A stretch of 64,000 nt of DNA, from contig CAWIJG010000002.1 of NCBI GenBank assembly GCA_963836315.1, forward strand, positions 1,042,461 through 1,106,460. The letters run 5' to 3'. Made by a program: the position numbers and the translations under genes. Below, piece by piece: positions 10,719 to 20,912 of the stretch (within the stretch, counting starts at the first letter, position 1; each line of letters opens with the position of its first letter). The notes under the pieces were generated by a model. It ran no database searches. It was not told the origin of the DNA and saw only the letters and a list, made by a program, of their open reading frames with translations. The stretch is from an uncultured Verrucomicrobiae bacterium (lineage in GTDB: Bacteria > Verrucomicrobiota > Verrucomicrobiia > Palsa-1439).

Positions 10719-11492
10719 CTAGTGGACTACGAGATCGCCCGAGATGGGTGGTTGACGGAGATACTGCGGCAGAATCTGGGCGATGCTGTTGTGGGTGGCG
10801 ACGGAAACGACCTGGACTTTGCCGACGAACTTGGAGTCGCGGTAGACGAGGAATTCGGTGTTTGGCCGGACTTTTTGCTCCTGGCCGACATCGAGGACGA
10901 GGAAGCCCCACTTGCCTTGCACGAAGGAAACGTGGCCACGGACTCCGAGGGGCGTCGTGGTCAGGTCCTCGATCTTCGCCTTCAACTGCTGGTTCTCGGT
11001 TTGCTTAACCGTCAACTGCTGACCGAGGACTTTATTCTCGTCGGACAACGAGACGATCTTGTCGCGGATCTTTTCGATGCTGGAGAGGTCGCCAAGGCCG
11101 GCCTCTTTCAGGCCGTCCTGGATCTTCTTCAGCGCATCCTGCGAGGAGGCCAACTGGGTTTTGGTTTGCCCCAATTCTTGAGCGGCCGCCGCCAACTGCG
11201 TCTTCAGGCCGTCGGCTTCCTGGGTCTTCTGGTCGAGCGCGGTTTTCGTGGTCTGAAGGGTGTTGGTGGCCTCATCGAAGTCGCTCTTGGTCTTCGTCAG
11301 ATCGGCTTCGGTCTGGCGGAGCGTGGTTTTGGTCTTGTTGAGGCTGGCGGTCGTGGTGTTGAGCGAACTATCAAGCTCGGCGATTTTCGCCGCTTGGGTT
11401 TTCTTGATCCCGCCGAGCATATACGCGAGATACAACGATCCGGCGCAGGCGAGAATGACAATGATGGGGGCGATTTTGCCAAGTTTATTCAT
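10719..11492 (-). CDS. membrane-anchored coiled-coil protein with C-terminal beta domain
   Basis: N-terminal TM helix, long heptad region, C-terminal WGFLVLDVG...FLVYR...VGKVQV. Confidence 0.75.
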   Translation of the reverse strand: MNKLGKIAPIIVILACAGSLYLAYMLGGIKKTQAAKIAELDSSLNTTTASLNKTKTTLRQTEADLTKTKSDFDEATNTLQTTKTALDQKTQEADGLKTQLAAAAQELGQTKTQLASSQDALKKIQDGLKEAGLGDLSSIEKIRDKIVSLSDENKVLGQQLTVKQTENQQLKAKIEDLTTTPLGVRGHVSFVQGKWGFLVLDVGQEQKVRPNTEFLVYRDSKFVGKVQVVSVATHNSIAQILPQYLRQPPISGDLVVH

Positions 11493-11577
11493 AACACGGT
11501 GTCCTCCGTCCAGAGAGTACTGGAACATCCTAGCCAAATTTCAGCTTCCGTGTCAACCACGCCTTCTGGGTGGCCGA

Positions 11578-12063
11578 TTACCCCTCCCAATCGCTCCGTG
11601 CGTGGCCGATTTGCCGACGACGACTGTGCGAGCGGACCAACCCCGCCAACTCGCGCAGCGCGGCCTCGACTTCCGCCTCAAACACTTCTGCTGACGTGGT
11701 ATGCGCGCCCATGGTCTCGACCGTCTGGCGCTCCATGTTGTCCGAAGTCACCACCAGAGTGTTGGCCGTGTGCTCCGATTGCCCGACCAGACGCTCGATC
11801 AGGTCATCGGCCGTCTTGCCGCGTTCTGAAAACAGCACTTCCACCCCGTGCGTCGGCTCCGTTCCCTCAGGCTTGCGTTTGGCCGCGTAACCATCGAACA
11901 CCACCGTCACTCGTCGGCGACTGTGGTCGGCATACTGCCGCAGCAATCCCACGAGCATCTCGCGCCGCTGCTGCAGCGACAATCCACGCACTTTGCGCGT
12001 GGCAAACCTCGGCCACGCATGCAGCACGCTGTATCCATCCACCAGTATCCAACGATCGCTCAT
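11578..12063 (-). CDS. NYN-domain RNase (YacP/Rae1-like)
   Basis: ILVDGYS, VVFDG, TADDLIE and VVTSD motifs. Confidence 0.85.
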   Translation of the reverse strand: MSDRWILVDGYSVLHAWPRFATRKVRGLSLQQRREMLVGLLRQYADHSRRRVTVVFDGYAAKRKPEGTEPTHGVEVLFSERGKTADDLIERLVGQSEHTANTLVVTSDNMERQTVETMGAHTTSAEVFEAEVEAALRELAGLVRSHSRRRQIGHARSDWEG

Positions 12064-12189
12064 TGATCCGCCCCAAGACGATTCACGGTGATACTCGAAA
12101 TCGCGACAGAACTGAAGCCTTCCCCCAAAAAGGAAAGTTTGAACACCCCCCGATTCTTTGTGTCACAAAGCATAAGGACCGTGCCCATC

Positions 12190-12834
12190 ATGCATTTCGA
12201 ACACGCGGAGCATACACTGGAAACCATCCGCACACTAATGGAACGCAGCCAACGCTACGAGCACATCTCGGGCTATTCGGGCCTGCTGGCGGGAGGCACC
12301 ACCCTTCTTGGGTGCACCGCGCTGGGCTTCCATCTGCTGCCATGGGACGCAGAAACCAATTTCACGCTGGTCTGGAGTGTCGTGTTTGCCGTCGCCCTTG
12401 CGGGTCACCTGCTTCTCACATTTGGACGGGCCCGCCAACGCGGGGAACCGGTTTGGTCGCGGCAGGCGCGCACGGTTTTGCTGGCCGTGCTCCCCAGCTT
12501 TATCGCCGCCCTCGCCGTTACCAGCCTGATCTGGCGTCTTGGTCGACTCGACCTGTTGCCTGCATTGTGGGTGCTGTTCTACGGTTGTGGTGCGCTCACC
12601 ACCAGTTTTTTCGCCCCCCGCTCCATCGCCCGGCTCGGTGCGATTTGTCTGGCGATTGGCATTGTCAGTTTAGTGGCGCCGCACAGCCATGCAATCCTGA
12701 CCATGGGTATCGGTTTCGGCGCCACACACATCGGCTTTGGCATCGGCGTGCTGATCGCAGAAAGGCGCGAAGCCCGCGCCCGAGCGTTCTGGGCACAGGT
12801 CGACCATCTGGCCACCGCCCACTCGATGGAGTAG
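12190..12834 (+). CDS. multi-TM membrane protein
   Basis: LETIRTLMERS...ISGYSGLLAG, ~6 TM helices, GFGATHIGFG; family typically paired with the following wHTH. Confidence 0.7.
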   Translation: MHFEHAEHTLETIRTLMERSQRYEHISGYSGLLAGGTTLLGCTALGFHLLPWDAETNFTLVWSVVFAVALAGHLLLTFGRARQRGEPVWSRQARTVLLAVLPSFIAALAVTSLIWRLGRLDLLPALWVLFYGCGALTTSFFAPRSIARLGAICLAIGIVSLVAPHSHAILTMGIGFGATHIGFGIGVLIAERREARARAFWAQVDHLATAHSME

Positions 12835-12857
12835 GACGAACCAAGGAGAGACGCCTT

Positions 12858-13202
12858 ATGGCAGGAAAACTCGACAAGCTGAATCCGACCAAACTGGCCG
12901 CCGATCTCCAGGCATTCGACAAACTGGAGCCGGCCATCCACACCAAGTCGCGGCTGGCGATTGTTTCAGTGCTGGCCGCCAACGACTCACTGTCCTTCAT
13001 CGAACTGCGCGACGGACTGCGACTCACCGATGGCAACCTCGCCGCCCACTTGCACGCCTTGGAAACCGCCGGCTTGATCCACCTGCAAAAAACCGGCAAC
13101 CCCAACAAGCCGACCACTGTGGTGTCGTTGTCCGCCGCTGGCCGAAGCGCATTCACCCGTTATCTGGAGGGCTTGGAACATATCGTGAACCGCCATCGGT
13201 AA
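12858..13202 (+). CDS. winged-HTH transcriptional regulator (HTH_34/MarR-like)
   Basis: C-terminal 114 aa of ORF 10557..13202: IHTKSRLAIVSVL...FIELRDGLRLTDGNLAAHL..LE..G...GRSAF..YL; AAGGAG upstream. Confidence 0.85.
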   Translation: MAGKLDKLNPTKLAADLQAFDKLEPAIHTKSRLAIVSVLAANDSLSFIELRDGLRLTDGNLAAHLHALETAGLIHLQKTGNPNKPTTVVSLSAAGRSAFTRYLEGLEHIVNRHR

Positions 13203-13263
13203 GGCGGCGCATCTCTTTTTTACCCCGAACGCTTTGCGGTACAAAGCAAAATGGAAACACCCC

Positions 13264-14103
13264 ATGAACTCGACTGACTGGCTGGCGTACTTCCGCCAAA
13301 ACCGGCTCGACCGCCGAGGAATCGCCTGGCATGAAGGCGTCCCGCTAAATCCACAGTTGCGCGAACCCCTGGCCCGCTCGCTCGCGCGATTTCAATTGGG
13401 CGAAAGTTCGAACGGGGTGCGACTGCTGGCGGCCGCCCGTCAGCTTTCCCGCGAGACGGGCGACAAGGCATATGGTGAGGCCATCGCGATGTTTATCGCT
13501 GAGGAACAGGAGCATTCCCGTCTTCTCGCCAGCGTTCTTCACCAAATGAATGTCCCGCTCCTGCGGCGGCACTGGACGGACTCGCTTTTTCGACGATGTC
13601 GTCATCTGCTGGGTTTTTACGAAGAGATTTCGGTCCTGCTGATGGCCGAGATCATTGCCCTGAAATACTATGGCGTCATTCGAATCGGCTGCGGGGCCCC
13701 CGTGCTGGAAATCGTCTGCGAACAGATTCTTGCCGACGAAAAATTCCATGTGCGGTTTCATTGCGAACGTCTGCATGAAGAAATCGCCCGACGGCGGTGG
13801 CCGGTCCGCTTCGCCTGCTGGCTGGCGCTGTCGGCAATGTTCGCGGGGGCGAGTGCCGTTGTCGCCTGGGATCATCGCCGGGCTTTCACAGCTTTGGGTG
13901 GCTCCGCCGTCGAATTTCTCCGCGATTCGTGGGCGAACTTCTTTGCGGCCCGCGAAGCCATTTTCACAGATGTTCCATTTGCCCGTGATGCCGCCGACCA
14001 GATCTCCGCTGACCTGCAGAATCGACGGATTACGGATGTTCATCGCCGATCCCATCACCCGAGCAGAGCGTTCCCGTCCCTGTCTCGACTTTTCCCGCCT
14101 TGA
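13264..14103 (+). CDS. ferritin-like domain protein
   Basis: FQLGES, EEQEH, AEIIA and DEKFH di-iron E/ExxH motifs. Confidence 0.75.
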   Translation: MNSTDWLAYFRQNRLDRRGIAWHEGVPLNPQLREPLARSLARFQLGESSNGVRLLAAARQLSRETGDKAYGEAIAMFIAEEQEHSRLLASVLHQMNVPLLRRHWTDSLFRRCRHLLGFYEEISVLLMAEIIALKYYGVIRIGCGAPVLEIVCEQILADEKFHVRFHCERLHEEIARRRWPVRFACWLALSAMFAGASAVVAWDHRRAFTALGGSAVEFLRDSWANFFAAREAIFTDVPFARDAADQISADLQNRRITDVHRRSHHPSRAFPSLSRLFPP

Positions 14104-14130
14104 GGACTAAGATTGACATGCTGGAGCAAC

Positions 14131-16192
14131 ATGAAAACGGTGAAACTGCAGGTTAATGGCATGTCCTGCGCGAGTTGCGCCAGGGCGGTGGAAAAATCGC
14201 TGTGCGCCGTGCCGGGCGTTGAAAAGGCGTCTGTCAATTTTGTCTCGAAAACCGCCGTCATCGACCTGCCGGACGCCGCGGCCAGTGAGCAATCACTCAT
14301 CGACGCCATTAAGCGCGCCGGGTACAGCGCCCGGCTTCCTGTTCGTGACCGCGACCTCGAAGAGGGCCGCGCGGCGCGCCGCGCCCTGGTCAAGGTCATC
14401 GGCGCCGGCGCGCTGCTCTTCATGGGCTGGCTACTGGGCGCCACCACACTGGTGCTCATTGCACTGGTCCTCGCCGCCTGGCCGATTTGCCACCGCGCCA
14501 TCAGGGCGTTGCTCGCAAAACGGCTGGATGCGGATGTGCTGGTGGCCATCGCCGTCATCGCGGCGGCGTCCGTCGGCGAATTCGTCGCCGCGGGTGAAGT
14601 CGCGTTCATCATGTTACTCGGCGCGCAACTGGAAGAATACACCGTGCGCCGGGCCCGACGGTCCCTCGGCGGCCTGCTTTCGCTGGTGCCGCCCACCGCG
14701 CGCGTGCGGCGCGAGGGGAAGGAAGCGGAAGTCGCCGCTTCGGAATTGCGGATGGGCGATGTTGTGGTTGTGCGCGCCGGCGAACGCGTCCCTGTAGACG
14801 GTGTCGTCCAAAGCGGCATGGCGTCGGTGAACCAGGCGCCCGTGACGGGCGAAAGCATGCCCGTGGACAAGAGCGAAGGCGACGAAGTATTCGTCGGCAC
14901 CCTGGCGGAAACGGGGGCGTTGATCATCGAGGCAAAGCGCGTCGGTGAAGACACGACGCTCGCGCGTATCGCGCAACTGGTCGAACAGGCACAGCAACGC
15001 GAAGCGCCGATTCAACGCACCCTCGACCGCGCGGCGGGCTGGCTTGTGCCTGTGATGCTGACGCTATCCGCGCTGGTGTTTATCTTCACCCATGACACGG
15101 CACGAGCCATCACGGTGCTGATTGTCGCCTGTCCGTGCGCGTTGATTCTGGCCACGCCGACCGCCGTGATGGCCGCCATTGCCCGCGCGGCGCGCGCCGG
15201 CGTGCTTATCAAGGGCGGACAATACCTCGAAGCGACGGCGCGTCTGCACACCATCGTGTTCGACAAGACCGGCACGCTCACGCATGGCGAGCCCGAGGTC
15301 ACGCACGTCAGACCGGTTTGATCAGCACAGCGAAGCGGAACTCGTCGGGATCGCGGCTGTCGCCGAGAAGATGAGCGGGCACCCCGTGGCCCGCGCCATC
15401 ATGCGCAAGGCGGTCGCGTTGGGCCTGACGACGGAAGACCCGTCGAAGTTCCAGGCGCACCACGGTCGCGGTGTCGTCGCGGAACGCAACGGCCAGAAAC
15501 TCGTCGTCGGCCAAACGGGATTAATGGACGACGAATCAGTGGCCATGAGCGATGCGCTGCAAGTGCACATGGATGAACATCATGACGAAGGACACACGAC
15601 CATCGTAGTGGCGCACGATGGTGAAGTCTGCGGCACGATCTGTGTGGCCGACACCGTGCGCGAGCGGGCCGATGAAGCGATTCAGGAGTTGCGCTGCCTC
15701 GGCGTCGAGAAGGTCGTCATGCTCACCGGCGACAACCGGCGCGTCGCCATGCAAATCGCGGGCAAACTGGGCCTGGATGAAGTGAAAGCCGAAGTGTTGC
15801 CGGAACAAAAGGCCGAACACATTGAATCCTTGAAGCGGGCGGGACAAACTGGTGGTGTCGCGATGGTCGGCGACGGCGTGAACGATGCGCCTGCGCTGGC
15901 GGTGGCCGATGTGGGCATCGCGATGGGTGTGAGCGGGACCGACGTGGCGCATGAGGCGGCGGATATCGCGTTGATGGCCGACGACCTCTCGAAGATCGCG
16001 TTCGCCGTCGGCCTGAGCCGACACACCTTGTGGATCGTCAAACAGGGTTTGCTCTTCGCGGTCGCTTACAACGTTGTGATGGTCACCACCGCCGCCACCG
16101 GCCATCTCCACATGATCGGCGGCGCCATCGCCCACCAATTCAGCAGCGTCCTCGTCATCCTGAACGCGATGCGGTTGCTGAGGTACAAGTGA
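14131..16192 (+). CDS. heavy-metal P1B-type ATPase, ZntA/CadA-like (frameshift near 15318)
   Basis: GMSCASC HMA domain, TGES, CPC, DKTGT; second frame SGHP, TGDN, GDGVNDAPAL. Confidence 0.9.
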
Positions 16193-16219
16193 TCGGCGTG
16201 GTCAGGAGACCTGTGTCGA

Positions 16220-16654
16220 TCAAGTCGGGCCGCATAGAACCGAGATGTCGTGGCGTGTCTTGGCGATGTCAACCTTGTGCGACGCGAACAGAGCCGCGTC
16301 ACCACCGCATTCTTCTGTCAGAAGACCCAGCAGGATATGCTCAGTGCCTGTATATGAATGAGACATCGTAGCCGCCTCCTGCATAGCCCTCTTCAATGCC
16401 CTTTGGCTTGAGACGCCGAAGTTGACGTCGTCAATCTTCTTGAACTGCTCAACATTGGGCATGCTCGTTCCTATGCTCTGGCGCACAGAATCAACATTCA
16501 ATCCAAGCTTCGTGAGCACAGAAAACTGAACCCCACTCCCGAGAAGAAGGAGCCCCAAAAGAAGGTGCTCGCTGCTAACGCAGGGGAGCCCAAGAGATTC
16601 TGCTTCTGCACTCGCAAGTCTGAACACCTGCTGAGCCCTGAGCGTGCACTTCAT
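16220..16654 (-). CDS. stand-alone Clp N-terminal (double Clp_N repeat) protein
   Basis: SEHLLLGLL and GTEHILLGLL repeats, no AAA+ domain. Confidence 0.75.
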   Translation of the reverse strand: MKCTLRAQQVFRLASAEAESLGLPCVSSEHLLLGLLLLGSGVQFSVLTKLGLNVDSVRQSIGTSMPNVEQFKKIDDVNFGVSSQRALKRAMQEAATMSHSYTGTEHILLGLLTEECGGDAALFASHKVDIAKTRHDISVLCGPT

Positions 16655-16680
16655 TGCGCGCAAGAATGAATTCGGTGATT

Positions 16681-17193
16681 TCACGCCGCCGGCTTTTCGC
16701 GGACGCGGATGATCATTCTCTTCATGCCGGCTTCGTCGCCTTCGCCCTCGCTGATCGCTTCCAATTCGCGGTCTTTCTCCATGTGCAGGTGGATGACGCG
16801 GCGGTCGAAGGCGTTGAACGGCCCAATCTTTACAGGGTCGCCCCAGCGGCGGACTCCGTCGGCGGCGGCGGAGACTTTCTTGAGGATGTCGTCGTGCTGG
16901 CGTTCCCGGTAGCGTTCGCAATCGACGATCACGCGCGGAGCGTCGGGACTCATGCGCTGCAGGATGCGATTCAGCAGGAATTGCAGTTGATGGAGGGTCT
17001 GGCCGTGTTTGCCGATGAGTCGGCCCGGTTCGACCGTGGCGATGTGCAGCAGCGTCGATCCATCCACGGTGGCCGCCTCGACTTTGGTCTGGAGGCCGAG
17101 GCCGTCGAGCATCGTCTGCAAGGCGGCGCGGGGATCGGGTGGCGGACCGGAGGGAATGGAGGAAGCGGCCGGGGTCGGTGTTTCAGTTTCCAT
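16681..17193 (-). CDS. jag: Jag/EloR (KhpB) KH-R3H RNA-binding protein
   Basis: GRLIGKHGQTLHQLQFL, DRRVIH, SEGEG; located after yidC. Confidence 0.88.
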   Translation of the reverse strand: METETPTPAASSIPSGPPPDPRAALQTMLDGLGLQTKVEAATVDGSTLLHIATVEPGRLIGKHGQTLHQLQFLLNRILQRMSPDAPRVIVDCERYRERQHDDILKKVSAAADGVRRWGDPVKIGPFNAFDRRVIHLHMEKDRELEAISEGEGDEAGMKRMIIRVREKPAA

Positions 17194-17308
17194 GCCTGTG
17201 CTCCTATGTTTTGGGCGTTCGGCCTACCCTACGCGGGTAAACCCCGATTTTTTCAGGGTGAAGCTGCGACGCCCGTTGATGCCAAGTTATGCGCTATCCT
17301 ACCGAAAT

Positions 17309-19005
17309 TCATTTCACTTTTCCAGCGGAAGTAATGGGCACCGCCGTCGCGGCGGCGCGCGTCTGGCGCATGCCCAACCACTGTTGAAACAGCGAAAGCG
17401 CTTGCTGTAGCGTATAATACAGCGTCAATCCCGCTGCCAGATTGTAGAAGAAGAAAAGCATCATCACCGGCATGAACATCATCATCTTCTGTTGCTGCGG
17501 GTCGCCGCCCGTGGGCGTGAGTTTCTGCTGCCCGAACGTCCCGGCGGTCATCAAAATCGGCAACGGATTGATCGTCAGATGGTTCCCGATGAGGGGCAAC
17601 GCTAACGGCAGCGTGTGGCTCCAGACCGTGTCGGGCTGCGCCAGGTCCTTGATCCACAAGAACGGCGCGCCCCGCAATGCAATGGCGTTGAGCAACACAC
17701 GGTAAAAGGCAATCAACACCGGCAATTGTACGAGCATCGGCAAACAGCCCGAAAACGGGTTGATCTTGTGCTCCTTGTACAGCTTCATCATTTCCTGATG
17801 CAACCGTTGCTGGTCGTCCTTGTATTTCTCGCGCAGCTTGTTCATCAACGGCTGGAACTTCTGCATGGCCTTCATTGACTGGATGCTTTTTGCCTGAATC
17901 GGCCAGAAAATGATCTTCAGTGTGATCGTGACGAGGATGATGGCCACGCCATAGTTCGGGATCAGCCGGTAAAAGAAATTCAAGCTGTGCAACAGCGCGA
18001 TGCCGAACAATCCGGAATACAAGTCGAGCGGGTCCCGAAGTCCATCAGCTCTTCCTGGTGACCGCCCAGCGCCGCCAGTCGGTTATAATCCTTTGGCCCG
18101 GCATAGAAGGTGAACGCACACGACTCGCTGCCGTTTGTGCCCGGCGTCAGGGGCACCTCGGCTACGGCCATCACGCCGTGATTGACCGGCGCGGGCGACG
18201 TCAAATCCACGGATGCATAGGTCACTGCCGTGACGTTCGTCGTCGGTGACACCACCATCGTGAAATACTGGCTCTTGACTGCAATCCATCCGACGCGGAT
18301 CTCCTCCCGCGTTTTGCCCGTCTTCATTCGATCGATGATGCGCGGTAGCGTGCGATTGCGAAACCGCGACGCCCCCTGCCAGTCCACCACCAGATAACTG
18401 GGTATCTCCCGAAGCTGCGTCGGTGTCGCCGTGCCGACCACGAGACTCACCGCGCCGGACGGCGCCAGCGTCGCCGGCACCTGTACGCTGACGGCCATGA
18501 CGTAGTCATTGCTGAGCGTGACGGTCTTGACGACGCCGTCACCGCTGCGCAACCGAACAGTCTTTTCATTCACGCGTTGGATGGCAAACACGTCGTTGCT
18601 TCCCGCGCCCGGCACGCCGACGAGCGACAACGCCGGCACCAGACCCGCGCCGTTCAGGGTCGCGGAACCGTGGCCGGTGGCCTTGTGTTGGAGCAACTCG
18701 ACGGAGCGCACGCCCCCGCCCCAACTGGTGAAATCCACCCGGACGAATTCATTGCTCAGCGTGACGATCTCTTCGGCAGGACGCGGCTGCTCGGACTCTA
18801 TCTCGGTCTGGTGCGCTGGTTCGGCACTCTTCTCCGCCGGTTTCGCCGTTTCCGTCGGTGGCACCGGAGCGTTCGTGACAGCCGCAACCGGCGGACGCGG
18901 TGCTTTCGGTTTCGGGGGATAAATCGTGTTGATCACCTTCTGCGCCGCGATGAGGGCGATGAGGCAACCTACCACTACGAGCATGGTTTTTCGGTCCATC
19001 ATCAT
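17309..19005 (-). CDS. yidC: membrane protein insertase YidC (frameshift near 18030)
   Basis: Periplasmic domain with FYAGPK; [17 protein letters not shown] and [11 protein letters not shown] in the second frame. Confidence 0.92.
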
Positions 19006-19244
19006 CGCTTGGGCACCGGGTCAAAGCCGCCTTCGACAAACGGATGGCACCGCGCCAATCGTTTCGCCGTCAGCCATACGCCGCGTGCGGGGCCGAGCTT
19101 TTCGACGGCCTCCTGCGCGTAGCAGGAACAGGTGGGATAAAACCGGCAGCAACCGCCCGTCAGGGGCGGCGCCGGCAACAGCATCTTCAGCGGCGACAAA
19201 TAGCGGTACAGTCGCAGAAGAAATAGAAGTAAGCGCTTGATCAC
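19002..19244 (-). CDS. yidD: membrane protein insertion efficiency factor YidD
   Basis: [10 protein letters not shown]...RCHPF..GGFDPVP. Confidence 0.95.
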   Translation of the reverse strand: MIKRLLLFLLRLYRYLSPLKMLLPAPPLTGGCCRFYPTCSCYAQEAVEKLGPARGVWLTAKRLARCHPFVEGGFDPVPKR

Positions 19245-19603
19245 GTCTCGTTCAGGACGCCCGCCGCGCGGAATAATCGCAGCAATTCCGCCTCCACATC
19301 CTGGAGGCGTTTTCCGTTGATGGTGCTGCGGGCAATCATGACAATCAGTAAATTGGTTTTGAGTTTCCGTTTGTTGAGCCGATACGCCTCACGCAACAGT
19401 CGCCGCGCGCGATTCCGTGTCACCGCGCCCCCGATCCGGCGGCTGGTGACCACGCCCACGGCGCGTGGCTGCTCCGTCGAATCGTCGACCACGTAGAGCA
19501 CAAAGAGCTTGCCGACGATCTTGCGCCCGTGTTCATACGCCCGCCGGAACTGATGACCGTGCTGGAGTCGCTCACTTTTCGGCAATGTCCTGCTGCCATG
19601 CAA
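19241..19603 (-). CDS. rnpA: ribonuclease P protein component
   Basis: [18 protein letters not shown] motif; synteny. Confidence 0.95.
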   Translation of the reverse strand: MHGSRTLPKSERLQHGHQFRRAYEHGRKIVGKLFVLYVVDDSTEQPRAVGVVTSRRIGGAVTRNRARRLLREAYRLNKRKLKTNLLIVMIARSTINGKRLQDVEAELLRLFRAAGVLNET

Positions 19604-19639
19604 CCCGGCCTCCGTCCAGCCGCCACCACGGCTTCCACC

Positions 19640-19774
19640 CTACACAGAAAGGCGCTTGCGTCCCTTGCGGCGACGCCGACGCAAGGTCGCGCGACCACTC
19701 TTCGTGCGCGTCCGTTTCAAAAACCCGAATCTTCGTTGCCGCCGAATCTTGGACGGCTGATATGTCCGTTTCAT
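19640..19774 (-). CDS. rpmH: 50S ribosomal protein L34 (missed by ORF track)
   Basis: Own translation [44 protein letters not shown]. Confidence 0.96.
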   Translation of the reverse strand: MKRTYQPSKIRRQRRFGFLKRTRTKSGRATLRRRRRKGRKRLSV

Positions 19775-19801
19775 GTGTCTGTCCCGGTAATGGGAACGCG
19801 C

Positions 19802-19829
19802 ATCATAGCAGGCGTGACTTGATTGTCAA
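19802..19829 (-). promoter_or_regulatory. sigma70 promoter of rpmH operon
   Basis: TTGACA-N16-TATGAT on minus strand. Confidence 0.7.
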
Positions 19830-19891
19830 CCGCCGGGCAAAACGGCTGGACATGAAGGATTTCACACGAAACCGGCACCCGCAGGCTGACT

Positions 19892-20740
19892 TTACGGGCG
19901 AATGAACGTCCGGGCGAACTGCTCGTACACCCGCGCCGACACAGGCCCCGTTTTCCCTGCGCCGATTTGTCGGCCGTCCACCTTCACCACCGGGACCACC
20001 ACGGCGGTCGTGCTGGTGAGGAACACCTCCGCCGCCGCATAGAGTTCCGACTTCGTGATTCGCTCCTCGGCGGTCTCAATCCCTGCCGCGCGCGATTCCT
20101 CCAGGATCTTGTCGCGCGTGACGCCCGGCAAAATGCGCGTGCTTGTCGGCGGGGTGCGCAACCGGCTGTCCGTGACAATGAACACGTTGGCTCCCGTCGC
20201 CTCATTGACGGTTTCGTCCTTATCCACAAAGATCGCGTCGTTCGCTCCCGCCCTTTTCGCCGCCTGATACGCAAGCACGCTCGGCAACAGCGCGATGCTC
20301 TTGATGTCACAACGCGTCCAGCGAAATTCCGACAGGGTGATGACCGCGATACCGGTGTCGGGCAGCGTCGTCGCCGCCGGTCCCAGCTTGCGCACCGTCA
20401 TCACAAGGGTCGGCTCGATGTTTTTCGGTATCCCCCGGTGGCGGGGCGCGCACCCACGGGTGATTTGCAGGTAAATAGTCGCCTCGGCAAACCCGGAGCG
20501 TTGAATTCCCTCGTCGATGATGGACTTCAACTGTCCGTCAGTCGCCGGGGCCTTTAGCTCGAGGGCTTTGAGACTGCGGGATAGCCGCGCCAGGTGTTCG
20601 CCCACGGCGAACGGTTTGCCGCCGTATGTGCGCAGGACTTCATAGACGCCGTCGGCGAATTGAAAGCCGCGGTCCTCCACGCGAACGGTGGCCCGTTCGA
20701 GAGGCAGAAACTCTCCGTTAACGTATGCGATCTCAGGCAT
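19892..20740 (-). CDS. class IV PLP aminotransferase (D-amino-acid transaminase-like)
   Basis: DRGFQFADGVYE, YLQITRG, CDIKS, ILPGVTR, EVFLTST. Confidence 0.88.
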   Translation of the reverse strand: MPEIAYVNGEFLPLERATVRVEDRGFQFADGVYEVLRTYGGKPFAVGEHLARLSRSLKALELKAPATDGQLKSIIDEGIQRSGFAEATIYLQITRGCAPRHRGIPKNIEPTLVMTVRKLGPAATTLPDTGIAVITLSEFRWTRCDIKSIALLPSVLAYQAAKRAGANDAIFVDKDETVNEATGANVFIVTDSRLRTPPTSTRILPGVTRDKILEESRAAGIETAEERITKSELYAAAEVFLTSTTAVVVPVVKVDGRQIGAGKTGPVSARVYEQFARTFIRP

Positions 20741-20912
20741 TGGTCGGTTATCCCCCCTGTCGAGAAAAACAACGGGGCGACTATAAGTTTGTGCCACTCG
20801 TCTGTCAACGACACGACCGGGCTCATGCTTCGGAAATTGCGGTTTTGGTGGATTTTCGGATTGAATTCCCACCAAGTTTGCCATACGGTTTGCGGCGGGG
20901 GACCTCGACACT

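Noticed and set aside
10557-13202. 881-aa ORF as a giant regulator fusion
   Set aside because: Only the last 114 aa (from ATG 12858, with its own RBS) are a real wHTH; the rest overlaps three better-supported genes
3560-18040. Programmed frameshifting in leuB, ada, ATPase or yidC
   Set aside because: No consistent slippery heptamers and no precedent known to me in these genes; sequencing indels are more parsimonious
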